NCBI RefSeq assembly: GCF_002113885.1
Contig: NW_018408551.1
Coordinates: 1,524,260 to 1,588,259, forward strand
Reading direction: 5' to 3'
DNA from: Mizuhopecten yessoensis
Lineage: Eukaryota
Length of the DNA stretch: 64,000 bases
Below, piece by piece: positions 13,201 to 25,500 of the stretch; within the stretch, counting starts at the first letter, position 1; every line of letters starts with the position of its first letter. Under the pieces are notes generated by a model. The model was given only the letters and a program-made list of their open reading frames with translations, had not been told where the DNA came from and ran no database searches. The position numbers and the translations under genes are program-made.

Positions 13201-14404
13201 TATCAGTTTAAACACGAAATCGTTTTAATTCATGGACCATTTCTTGTGTAATACCAACAACGATATATGTCAAACAACTGTGCGACAGCTATCGCAAGAT
13301 TGTGCGCACGATATTATCGCAGTTTGTCATCGTACGCAAGTCGTCCGCACACCGCACATCGTGTAACGTTGAGCGATGCCACAACTGTTCCTCTGAATAG
13401 GATATGGTAACTACTAGAAAATGTACAGCATAAGTAATTTTGCAGTAGTTTCCACCACCTCTTCAGACAATGCGTGGACATCGGTCAAGGTTGAATGCGG
13501 AGTTTTACCGATCCTAGCAATGACACACACGCCTGGTATCCCACCACTTTACTCGCCCCACTCATTCCATTCCGACGTAGTTTTGTCTTGCCGAGTAGAC
13601 GCTGTCGGCAGTGACAACGTTAATTATGTTATTGGTAGACGTATGTAAAACGTTAATTGGGACTAATAGATAAACACGTACTGTAAGAAATAGCTAGGGG
13701 ATACATTCAGGGACAGGATCGATTCTTGCGATGGGTTCATCAGGTAGTTCATTCACATAAGTTTTACGCTCCTCACATTCTCTTTTGTCTTTTGCTTGTG
13801 CAAAAATGGCTGGTTTAGAGTTCGAATGCTACGTTTATTTTACAATTTTGTATTTTTTGCAAATATTCAATCCAGCAAAAACATGGATATGTTATTTCAA
13901 CGATTACTGTTCAATACTGTAAACTAGAAATATGTCCGTACTCCCTATCTTATACTTAGTGAGAGGTTAGCTTTGTCATCTACTTTGTCATCTACAAATA
14001 CTCAATATTTTGCTAATTCCCTTATTCATTTCGTTATCCCTTTCTTGTAGATACGTTTTATTTGTGGATTGGTACATTGTATTTATGGTGACGAAGACTT
14101 TACACAAGTTTCTTTGGACTTGTTTCCGTCTCATATCTACCATATTTTGCTTCAATTACTCTCAAGATTTACTGAAAAAGGACTATTTAATTTGGTTATG
14201 AAAACAAGTATCCGAGATTTTACAAAATGTATATTTCGTACATAATGTTATTGCTGTGGTCTAGTTTGATATAATTATAGATTTTGAATTTAAATTTTGA
14301 TTGAGAGCCTCTACCTTTTCATCAATACGTCATCACAGTTGGTGTCCACTGTTTTACAAACCATAATGTGCACGATAATAAGATAAACACGTGATGTTAC
14401 TCAC

Positions 14405-14446
14405 CTCCTAAACATGCGTGAATAGACCATCTCCCTCTGCATTTGC
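14405..14446 (-). CDS. GGNamide / excitatory peptide precursor, coding exon 2 (42-bp micro-exon, mature peptide core)
   Basis: ctttcttttgacag|GC AAA TGC AGA GGG AGA TGG TCT ATT CAC GCA TGT TTA GGA G|gtgagt = (G)KCRGRWSIHACLG(G). Matches the KCxGxWxIHACxGGN motif of annelid/mollusc GGNG excitatory peptides. Confidence 0.95.
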
Positions 14447-15881
14447 CTGTCAAAAGAAAGAGAAGATACAGTTTCAATTTCTGTTGGAGATGAACCAAAG
14501 CATGTTATTAACCTTGTCGATTTGCCTGCAATCACCTACATATACATTATTGATTATTTGTTTGATCAAGTCTACATATCATGCTTGTCATCATCGACGC
14601 GTCACACATAAACAAGTTACTGGTTGTGCAGTATGAGTATGAACACAAAATGTGTAAGTAACATATTAAACATTAGGCTGTGTGCGTTTTCGTACCTTAC
14701 AAAAATAAATAAATATATATTTGGCTAATCAGAAATCAGAAAACTAACAGCACATGGACAATGAACACGTCAACAATGAGTGAGGCTTACAGTTCATGTT
14801 ACATAAGCTGATTCATTTCTAAACCATGAGAAAGGATAATGCAAAAGATAGTATTAAAGAAAGGAAATAGTCTTAAAGACAGAAAGTTGTAATGAAACCT
14901 CTGAGCTGATAACTGCTGATTTTAACGGTCTGTTCACAAGTGAAATACTTCATGTATATGTATGTATATAGCAAGGTGATCCACACTGTTGGAATTACTT
15001 CTTTGCTCCATATGTATATAGCACGGATACATTGCTACAAGATAATTGGCATAAAAAGTAAAATGATTTTTGAGGGAATTAGCAAAGTGTCTAACAAGTG
15101 AAACCTCTTCCAAGTCAGTTGTTATATTAAATTATCCGGTTCATATAATTATATAATTTAACATCGCAGACTTTGTCTACATTTTTGTTTCAGTCATTTG
15201 CAGTAATGCTTGATATGTATCGGTAACTCTCTGTGTCGTCCTTTTGGTAGCTCCCTTTTATATTTGATCCAAGTATATGCATCAAATGTTAGTAGGCATA
15301 TCAATATCTACCAACTGCTAGATTGTTGTAAATCAATGTAAACAGAATAGTGTTTGTATCTTGAAAGAACTGTTGATAAATGTTTTTGTTATCATTTTCT
15401 GTCAAGGGATCCTGTATTTTCTGGTGATCCTGTGTTGTTGTTAAGTACACAATTGTTAAGCCGAAAGTTAGAGTTCCATTGGCAAGTTACACCAGCACAC
15501 CCCTACATGTCTACAGGGACCACACTAGAAAGAAATTACTTAACTTAAAACAAAAAACATGTAACAGTTCTAACATTAATGATATTATCATTTATGATGA
15601 GATGGTTAGAAGAAGCAGACCATAGCAAAAATTAACGTTTTTGATCGTTCTTCAGGATAATAAGAATAAAGGTGCTATACGTTAAAAGTGTCATTACAGT
15701 TAATCTATCAGAATATGATATTTTGTGACTCGACAGATGTCGGCCAGTATCGTGGGGTGTACATGGACGGATTATGTCCTCTCTGCAGCAAGCAACAGTA
15801 GGCACCAAAAGAATATAGTCTGCTTAAATTAGTCATATTATGTATGACCGAAATATATGATAAATATACCTTCACAATGCT

Positions 15882-16267
15882 AAGTGAACGTTCATCTGTA
15901 TGTGTCTGATGGAGAACTCATTTAACAACATCTTACAATAGGTGCCAAGTGAACGTTCAACTGTATGTGTCTGATGGAGAACTCGCTTAACAACGTCTTA
16001 CAATAGGTGCCAAGTGAACGTTCATCTGTATGTGTCTGATGGAGAACTCGCTTAACAACATCTTACAATAGGTGCCAAGTGAACGTTCATCTGTATGTGT
16101 CTGAGGGAGAACTCGCTTAACAACGTCTTACAATAGGTGCCAAGTGAACGTTCAACTGTATGTGTCTGAGGGAGAACTCGCTTAACAACGTCTTACAATA
16201 GGTGCCAAGTGAACGTTCATCTGTATGTGTTTGATGGAGAACTCGCTTAACAACATCATACAATAGG
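15882..16267. repeat. 65-bp minisatellite, ~6 near-identical copies
   Basis: Unit aagtgaacgttcatctgtatgtgtctgatggagaactcgcttaacaacatcttacaataggtgcc starts at 15882, 15947, 16012, 16077, 16142, 16207. Confidence 0.95.
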
Positions 16268-16297
16268 ACATTACTGAAAATTGCATTATAATGACTG

Positions 16298-16467
16298 TGA
16301 TATATGTACTATGATATATGTACTATGATATATGTACTATGATATATGTACTATGATATATGTACTATGATATATGTACTATGATATATGTACTATGATA
16401 TATGTACTATGATATATGTACTATGATATATGTACTATGATATATGTACTATGATATATGTACTATG
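16298..16467. repeat. 14-bp minisatellite (atgatatatgtact)n, ~12 copies
   Basis: Perfect tandem array visible directly. Confidence 0.95.
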
Positions 16468-16689
16468 CATGCAGGTTTGCAGATAAACTTCACCATTTTG
16501 TATATTATATACATATCAAGTAAAAAAGCAAAAAACATAATACAATATTGAAAGAATATTCAGAATGCATATGTTTATCAATTATTTGTATCGCCATTAA
16601 CAAATCAATTCGGCATGCTACTTGATTTGGAGTATGACTATGACAGTACCAAAATATATAGCCTCTAAGCAAGCTACGTAAAACGGGGT

Positions 16690-17395
16690 TTTGAGAGTGG
16701 TATACATTAACATCAAACATAGTCCCCCAGAAAACTCCATAGAGCGGGCATTGAGAGTGGGATAATTTACAATATAATCCCTCTGAAACTACACAGCAGT
16801 GTAATGTGAGTGGGATACTTTACAATATAATCCCTCAGGAAACTGCATGCAGCAAAGCATATAGTGGGATTCTTTATAATATAATCCCTTAGCAAACTAC
16901 ACAGAACAGTGTATTGTGAGTGGAATACTTTACAATATAATCCCCAAGGAAACTACATACAGCAAAGCATGGAGTGGGATTATTTGCAATATAATCACTA
17001 AGGAAGCTACATGTACATAGAACAGGGTATTGAAAGTGGGAAAGTTCACAAAATTGAAACTCAGGAAACTACATACAACAAAGCATAGGGTGGGATTCTT
17101 TTCAATAATACCCCAAGGAAACTACGCAAAACAGTGTATTGAGACAGGGATACTTTACAATATGTCTTTCAGGAAACTACATAGAGCATGGTATTGAGAA
17201 GGAGAAACTTACAATAAACTATCCCGGACGTAAAAGCATAGAGTGAGATGCTTTACATATTATTCCCTCAAGAAACTACACAGAGCAGGGCATCGTTTTT
17301 TATGCTTAACAATATACAGTATATTGTCCTTCAGGAAACAGGTATTGAGAGTGAGATATTTTAAAATAAAAGTCCTCTGGAAACTATTTGAGCAG
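16690..17395. repeat. Degenerate ~50-55-bp tandem repeat
   Basis: Recurring gagtgggatactttacaatataatccc...ggaaactaca...gtatt units, about a dozen diverged copies. Confidence 0.85.
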
Positions 17396-17883
17396 AACAA
17401 GGAGACGATGCTGCCAACGCCAAACTATGGTAGATGGAGAACATTAAGAAACTGCGTTTATATACATATACAGTATATTATTGAATTTACGAGACGTCAA
17501 AACACAGAAAGCCCACATAGAGAGTATTTTTTTAAATGCTGTTATAAAATTGCAATGTCTTTTGTAAACACTGATATCGCATTAACTTGTTCGGGGATTG
17601 TGTATGATGTGGGCGTAGGATATTGTTTTGCAGCTACAAGGGCTAATTGGGTAAATTGTGGTAATGTGTAAAACCTCTATCAATAGTCTCAACCTTTGTT
17701 ATGTGTAGCACAGACAACGAAATAAGGTTATTGCTATCAGAGCAAATCTTATTTCATATTAAACTGAATCAAAAAGGTTAGCAAAATCGATAATACTGGT
17801 GTGTGTGTGTGCGAGAGAGAGAAAGAGAGGGGGGATGGAACGGTTTGGAATGGGATGAGGGACGTGCAGGGGGGGGGGGGGGG

Positions 17884-17933
17884 NNNNNNNNNNNNNNNNN
17901 NNNNNNNNNNNNNNNNNNNNNNNNNNNNNNNNN
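17884..17933. other. Assembly gap (50 N) within a poly-G tract
   Basis: Ns flanked by G runs, with GT/GA microsatellite just upstream. Confidence 0.99.
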
Positions 17934-20900
17934 GGGGGGGGGTAATGTAGAGATAGACTGAACAAAAACACAAGCAGACTCGGCACGTGTCAAAATAATT
18001 TCATACAAAAAAGTGAAATTTATCAAATTAATGGTTATGTTTTAAGGCAGCGATCAAGGGGTGCGGCCATTAAAAATGTCCATGCCCTGGACATGTGAAG
18101 GGTTTTATGTCAGTGTGCAAAAACCTTTCTATATATAAATGCGTCATTGAATTAAATAAGAAGATAGTACTGTTCTCTCGGTAGTTTGGTTAGAGCCGTC
18201 AGCATCCTAACGATATTTTACGATTCGCCTGAGAACCTGAGGCACATTTCATTCAATCAACATCCATTGTTTGCAATGCACAATCTACTGGCGGTCTTAA
18301 TAAAGTATCAGGAGTCTCGCTAACTCCTGATGTCTGACCGACCCAACTCCAAGTATACAGAAAGCTTATCGGATGAATACACTTTTTTCATTATTTCTCC
18401 ATCGAATATAGACAAATATCGTCGGGAATGCAATTTTAGGATAGCGACCCAATCATTGATCAGAACCACAGATAAGTGTGCATCACAACCATGTGTAAGA
18501 TACAGCTGTATCATAGAACTGATCTTTATCAGTTTAATATATGGCTGACAGGAGTTTCCTGTTTCCTAGAACATAATATTGGCCACATAGAATAGCAACC
18601 CTGTAAATAATATAGATTAAAACAGATCATTTTATAGAAAAACTAATGGGTTTATTTTCTGTCCAAAATAATTGCTTTTAATCTAATCAATTGTTGATAT
18701 AATCGTCGTGTTTAAAACTTATTTAAAACTTAAGAGATGGTAAAAGTAGTCAGTCTTCCCTAACCGGGTCTTGTCCTAACAGTGTTTGGATGTGGATATT
18801 ATCGGTTGGGTCTAACATCAGAAGCCACTTGTTACCTCAAGTGAGACGTGCATACTTGTAAGTTAGAGGAAGCAGACAAGACGAGCCACGGGCAAAATGT
18901 ATGTATATATCATAAGTCTTACAAAAGTACATTGTAGGACAAGGAAATATCTTCATGTACATTTACCATGGTTCAATTCGACATAAAACACTACCAGCGT
19001 TCAGTATTTTGCTGCCTGGTTATTGCACCTTAAGAATTTTACGCTGTCTGTCCCTTTGCTACTGTATGACCCCCTCAAAGATTCTCCGCGATTTATACCT
19101 CTGAAAACATTATCAATTTGCTTTTCATTTTGTTTCACTATATATCGTACGGGTTAGTTTCAGGAAAGGTGTATATTTATCAAAATTAAGTATGACGTTT
19201 CAACAGCATTGAAGACTGGCCTACAGTTCGCGGCCTGAAATGAAATTCGATGACAGTGAAGCGTTTTTACTGAGAGGACACATTATCATATTTAAATAAA
19301 CGGTATTAATTTTTATTTGGTAAAAAAATGGTGAAACAATAATCAATTTTTAAATAAGACCGCCAATGTGTCCCTTTCCTTGATGCTATCAAATCCGCCT
19401 TAGATCCGACATAATGCTTTATAAGGCGAGTACAAATGCAATTCATTTTTAAAACAGTCATACGATAACATTGGTGAGACGCCGGCATATCTTGTTGAAT
19501 ATTTCCAGACTGGAACTACAGATATGGTACAGAGTGTGTATAACCAGTCCGTAATAGATTGATACTAACATGTTAAGCGCACGTGATACTGTCACAACGA
19601 CCCGATAGTTTCTCGCCTTCCACGCATCCGGAACGCATTGACTGTACAACATCACGAAAGCCTAAAATCTGTAGAGCAGAAAACGGAAGAAATCCTGACT
19701 AGACAAAACACATTTGAATTCACTTTCATTTGTTGTTTTGAAGCTATTTTATATAAACAAAGCGGACGTTTGCATGTCCGTGTCTTTTATACTGAAATAG
19801 TATTTCCTGAAGATAAAAGCAGAATGAAATTAAGGTGAGATGGAAACAGATCTACGACTATTGTCAGTGGGTGGTTATTTACGTCCGGATAGACGACGCC
19901 GTGTTGCCATTGTCTACATATCTCATAGCGGTACTTGTCGCTGATGGTAACACCCATTATTAGACTCGACATAAATGTGTGTCCATTGTAATGACAGAGA
20001 GAAGAAAATATGTAAAGGTTCCCTTTCATGACTGCTTGATAAACGTTTTGTTAAAAGCAAATAACAGTGAATACAAATTATTATCAAAGCAATCCCACAC
20101 ATCGCTTACTGCTTAATAAGCGTTGGAGTGGAACACTTTTTGTATGGTACATATGTCATTGGTTAATAGCCCCTTGAGGAAGCGCATTTCATACAGAGCT
20201 TAGTTAAGTACTTTACTTTTGGTATTAACATAGTGCACCTATATGGTCTCAGAGTAAATTTTCTTATTCAGGTTTTGAAAGTTTGCTATTTCTCCTCGAC
20301 TGTGTACAGATTATATAATACATATGTAGTATACTCGGGTATTCACAAAATAGTAAAGAAAGTATTTTGCATTATTCAACCAGTACTTTCATCTTCAACC
20401 AAACTGCAATTCAATAAGGAAAGCACTATATTTGGGTATATAAGGTCTACTAATGCTCATTACAATCTGACCTACCTCTCACTCACTCCGTTGATAGGCT
20501 AAGCTATCCCAACATTCTTTTGTTACAAACATAGACATTGACTAGGAGTTTACAGTGTTGTACATGCATCATGCTGGTGAAACATGACCCGTTGTACACA
20601 ATGACGTTTAGGAACACTCGACATGAGCGAGATAATACCTGCAACGAAACCGCATGCATTCACAATTACCATTTACAGATCTGTAGTGGTCATGTGGTGA
20701 AAAAACCTTCCAAATCGGTAGAAAATATTTGACGGGGAGGTACGAAGCCTAAAATACACCAGCACCCCCATATATTGTCGCCGACCTATGTCTATTTTAT
20801 TTCTAGATTCAATTTGAGTTTCATTATTAACTCTAACCAGTAGGTTCCACCAGTAAACGCAATGGTAACCCGAATGCATAACATCTAAGTAAGTTGCAGT

Positions 20901-21164
20901 GTAACAAATTGCCTTCGTAATATCCCTGTAACCATTTCAAGTCCAATGCGCAACATTCTCTATCGTTTGACCATTGCAAGCATTTTATGTACACTTCATT
21001 GGATGGACGTTTATCAGTCATAACCAATTTGTGATTAATTTACAATAATATACTCAGTATTTTTTGTTTGATTGAATTTTACAAAGATTTAAGGAATATA
21101 GTCAAAAGCTCTGAGTGTTTTTTTGTCGTGGTCAATCATTTTCAGGAATTTACACGGTAACTAC

Positions 21165-21262
21165 GTCTGGTTATCAGGCAAATAAGTCTGTTATCAGGCA
21201 AATAAGTCTGGTTATCAGGCAAATAAGTCTGGTTATCAGGCAAATAAGTCTGGTTATCAGGC
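21165..21262. repeat. 21-bp minisatellite (gtctggttatcaggcaaataa), ~4.5 copies
   Basis: Tandem copies; explains the VIRQISL repeats in ORF 21115..21330. Confidence 0.9.
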
Positions 21263-22719
21263 TCATTAACTCGGCTTATTCTGATGTTCTATATCGGGTT
21301 ATGATAACTTATTTGTCTCATGATAATTAAGTCGACCTTTCATGATCATTTAAGTCAACTAATCGTAAATGGTCGATTTACGAAATATTCATCAAGATAA
21401 ACCGACTTAGTTACATTTCTGTATCTTTAACTCAATTAAAATGATGGTTAAATTGAATGATAATTTCATTTGGTTTTAATACTCATGATATAGCGGCTAA
21501 ATTATTATTTATCAAATTTAGTTATCGTTATAAGTCGACGAATAATAAATTGCAGGCATAATTATTATCGACTTGAATCTACTTGTGGAAGAATGTGCAT
21601 CCATTAGAATAAATTGAAGTCGATTTAATGCGCAGGAATTGTATTGTATTGTTTTGAAAACTCATCCATTAATAATAAGCCTTTGCATTGGATGTTTGCG
21701 GGGCAGCAATGCTCGATAATATTGTTTACAGAGCTACTTAAGTGTTTGTATTTATGTTGAATGTACCCGTCTTCTCTATTGTTCTACATTGTACTTGTCT
21801 GCGGATCGATAACCATAGTTGTCTCATTTGATTTGTATTTCATATCGATCTATCTGTAAATATTTGACGGACAAACAAAGGTACCCCTGTGCTGTGTACG
21901 CCTTTTGTATGACACGAATCATTGCCCACCAGAGGAAAAACAAACCCTGTGCTTACTACTTTCATAGTAAGAAATCAAAGAGAGTTGGCAAATGTTCTGT
22001 TAGCTTAACACATTGCTTTCTTAATTTTCGAAATGAATACTCAATAAATTAGTGTGTTTTTTTAAAGTAATACGTCTTTGGTTTCTGGCGATCAGTTGGA
22101 GTTTTGGAACATACAATGTTAATAGTGTTTTCTCCATACGCCTTCTTGATAAAAAGTTGCGTTGTACAAAAAGTAAACTTATTGACGTTTATAATGAATA
22201 GGTATGTAACGAGGTAATAACCAAATCAGTTCTAGATAGCAGTGTGAAACCCTGACATAATCAAATATGATATACAATACTCTATTACAATTGTACATCA
22301 AGTGTAATTAACTAAACATACTGAAATATTGACACCATATGTCGCAATATGTGTATTGGACCTTGTCAGCTCTCTGTTATTGTTTACATTTTAAGAGAAT
22401 AAACCAAACAAATCTTGTAGATTGAACAAAATTGAGGACTGTTAAGTAACATATTACTGTAATGTTCGAGGTACTTCGATATGATAAACATTAAAGTAAT
22501 AATATATCTTTACAATATTACGAACTTTTGATATCAAGTTTCATTGTCATAATTAAAGACACATCATTTTCATTAGTGAAATATGGCTTTCCAAAAATTA
22601 TCCCTCCTAAGTAAATGGTTCAAATTATTATGAGCCTTAACATCGCATGCAATTGGCTAAAAAAATCGTCAGTTAATCGTATCATCACCAATGAGTGACT
22701 GGCAACACACCTGTTAGAA

Positions 22720-23935
22720 AACATCAACCGTCGGTTACTGGTAAATGTAAATCATCAACCGTCAGAAACTGGTCAATGAAAATCATCAACCGTCAATAAC
22801 TGGTCAATGTAAAACTGTAACCGCTGTAACTGGTCAAAGTAAATCATCAATTGTCAGTATCCGGTCAATGCAAATCATCAACCGTCAGTATCCGGTCAAA
22901 GTAAATCATCAACCGTCAATAACTGGTCGATGCAAAACTTTAACCGCTGTAACTGGTCAAAGTAAATCATCAATTGTCAGTATCCGGTCAATGCAAATCA
23001 TCAACAGTCAGTATCGGGTCAAAGTAAATCATCAACCGTCAAAAACTGGTCGATGTAAATCTTTAACCGCTTTAACTGGTCAAAGTAAATCATCAAACGT
23101 CAATGCAAATCATCAACCGTCAGTATCCAGTCAATGTAAATCATCAACCGTCAGAAACTGGTCGATGTATATCTTTAACCGCTGTAACTGGTCAAAGTAA
23201 ATCATCAAACGTCAGTATCCGGTCAATGCAAATCATCAACCGTCCGTAGCTAGTCAATGTAAATCAGCAGCCGTCAGTATCCGGTCGATGTGAAACTTTA
23301 ACCGCTGTAACTGGGCAATGCAAATCATCAACCGTCAGTATCCGGTCAAAGCAAATCAAAAACCGTCAGTAGCTAGTCAATGTAAATCATCAACCGTTAG
23401 TAGCTAGTCAATGTAAATCATCAACCGTCAGTAGCTAGTCAATGCAAATCATCAACCGTCAGTAACTGGTAGATGTTAAGCATCAACCGTCAGACACTGG
23501 TCAATGTAAATCATCAACCGTCAGAAACTGGTCAATGCAAATCATCAACCGTCAGTAGCTAGTCAATGTAAATCATCAACCGTCAGTAACTGGTAGATGT
23601 TAAGCATCAACCGTCAGAAACTGGTAGATGTTAAGCATCAACCGTCAGTAACTGGTAGATTTTAAGCATCAACCGTCAGTAACTTGTAGATGTTAATCAT
23701 CAACCGTCAGTAACTTGTCAATGTGCATATCAACCGTCAGTAGCTAGTCAATTTAAATCATCAACCGTCAGTAACTAGTCAATGTACATATCAACCGTCA
23801 GTAGCTGGTCAATGTAAGTCTACAATCGTAAGTATCTGGCCAATGTTAATCATCAACCGTCAGTAATTGGTGAATGTAAATCATCAGTCATCAATAACTG
23901 GTCAATGTTATTATCAACCGTCAGTAACTGGCTAC
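22720..23935. repeat. 31-bp satellite (aactggtcaatgtaaatcatcaaccgtcagt), ~39 copies, decaying to ~24300
   Basis: Period 31 (e.g. 23401 to 23432). A 123-bp higher-order unit is present in the 5' half. Confidence 0.95.
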
Positions 23936-24714
23936 TTTACCCGTCAATAATTTGCTCTTGAAAATGACATGTAACATCCCTGCGTAACTGGTTATTGTTC
24001 ATCAACAATTGCCAGTTATGACCAATTGTGATTTTGCACCCAATAGTCAGTAACTGATTACCATTACTTATATTCTTCAGGGACTTACTACTGATTGCCA
24101 TTAGTTACAATTTACTGTTTATTAACATCAATCAGTAACTGGCTCCCGTATATGAAAATAAATAAGTTATTAGTTACCTTAAATCATCACCCACCGTTAC
24201 TAGCTATTGTTAATACCCAGCCGTCAGTAACTGACTATTGTCAATTACCCACTGTTATTAACTGGCTACCACATCCGTCAGGATTTTTCTGCAGTAAATC
24301 AACACCTGTCACTAATTTCATAACGGGCTTCAGCACCTGTCTGTAACTATGACAGTAGTATGGGACTTCCATTGTTCAAAGGTTCAGGTCCAATTTAAAC
24401 ATTTTCCAACCTTGACTGATTCATTAACAATGTAGATTCAGAGAGCATGAGTGACAGCTATTCCATGAGAAATGAACTTGAAAGAACCTGTATTAGTTAA
24501 AAAGAATATTTATAAATGTATATCCATTACTGTAGTATATTATGGTTGAGTTCTGCCTGGTACAAAATAATAAAGAACACCCACCATGTAATTGACAATA
24601 AATAAATAACATCAGTGATAGAGCATAGTAAGCTAAAAGCAGTGTTAAATACACACAATGACATACCAGACACTAAGCACCATATGTGTGTGCTTAAATG
24701 ACTACTTGTTTTGT

Positions 24715-25500
24715 GGTAGTGAATAGTGCGTCAATTATCAAAGGACACATTTATTTTAGATAATAGCCAGCGTGTCTATCATAACATACATACTCACACT
24801 TGCTTTGTAGTAATGACTAGTGTGGCTTTTACCACAACAAACAAACAAATGTAGGTATTACTACTGTGACAATTATCACAAGGGACACAGTTTTTAATTG
24901 TTAGTGCAATTATCAAAGACAAACTGTATGTTGAATAATAGCTGGTGTGTCAATTATCACAACAGACACAAACTTCCTTTGTGGTAACTGCTAGTGCGTC
25001 AATTATAGAATCAATTATCACAACAGAAATGTCTTTACTTTGTAGTAATTACTAGTGCGTCAGTTATCACAGGAAAAAGTAATGTTGAATAATAGCTGGC
25101 GTGTCAATTATCACAACAAACTAGCACTGCCTTTGTAGTAATAACTAGTGCGTCAATTATCACATGACAACCATGTTGAACAATAGCTAGCGTGTCAATT
25201 ATCAAAAAAGACAAACACTTCCTTTGTAGTTCTAACTAGTGCGTCAATTATCAAGCAATAATCACAAGAGAAACATTTTCCTTTTGTAGAAATTACTATC
25301 TGACAACAGTGTTATAGTAATGAATATTGCGCCAATATACAGAAAAGAAACACTTTGTTTTGTAGTTATAACTAGGATGCCAATTATCACAGCAGACAAA
25401 CAATATATTTGGTGTAGTAATGATTAGTATGTCACCTATGAAAGCAGACAGACATTCTATTTTATAATATAACTATGACTAACTAAGTCATTTATCACAA
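24715..25500. repeat. Degenerate tandem repeat (tagtgcgtcaattatcacaa...ctttgtagtaat), unit ~45-50 bp
   Basis: gtcaattatca core recurs more than 10 times at roughly regular spacing. Confidence 0.8.

Noticed and set aside
15882-16267. CRISPR-like regular array
   Set aside because: Units are contiguous with no unique spacers, there are no cas genes, and the context is eukaryotic.
22868-23200. 110-aa repetitive ORF (also ORFs at 21115, 60313-60924, 17749-18026)
   Set aside because: Translations of satellites or of the poly-G/N gap.
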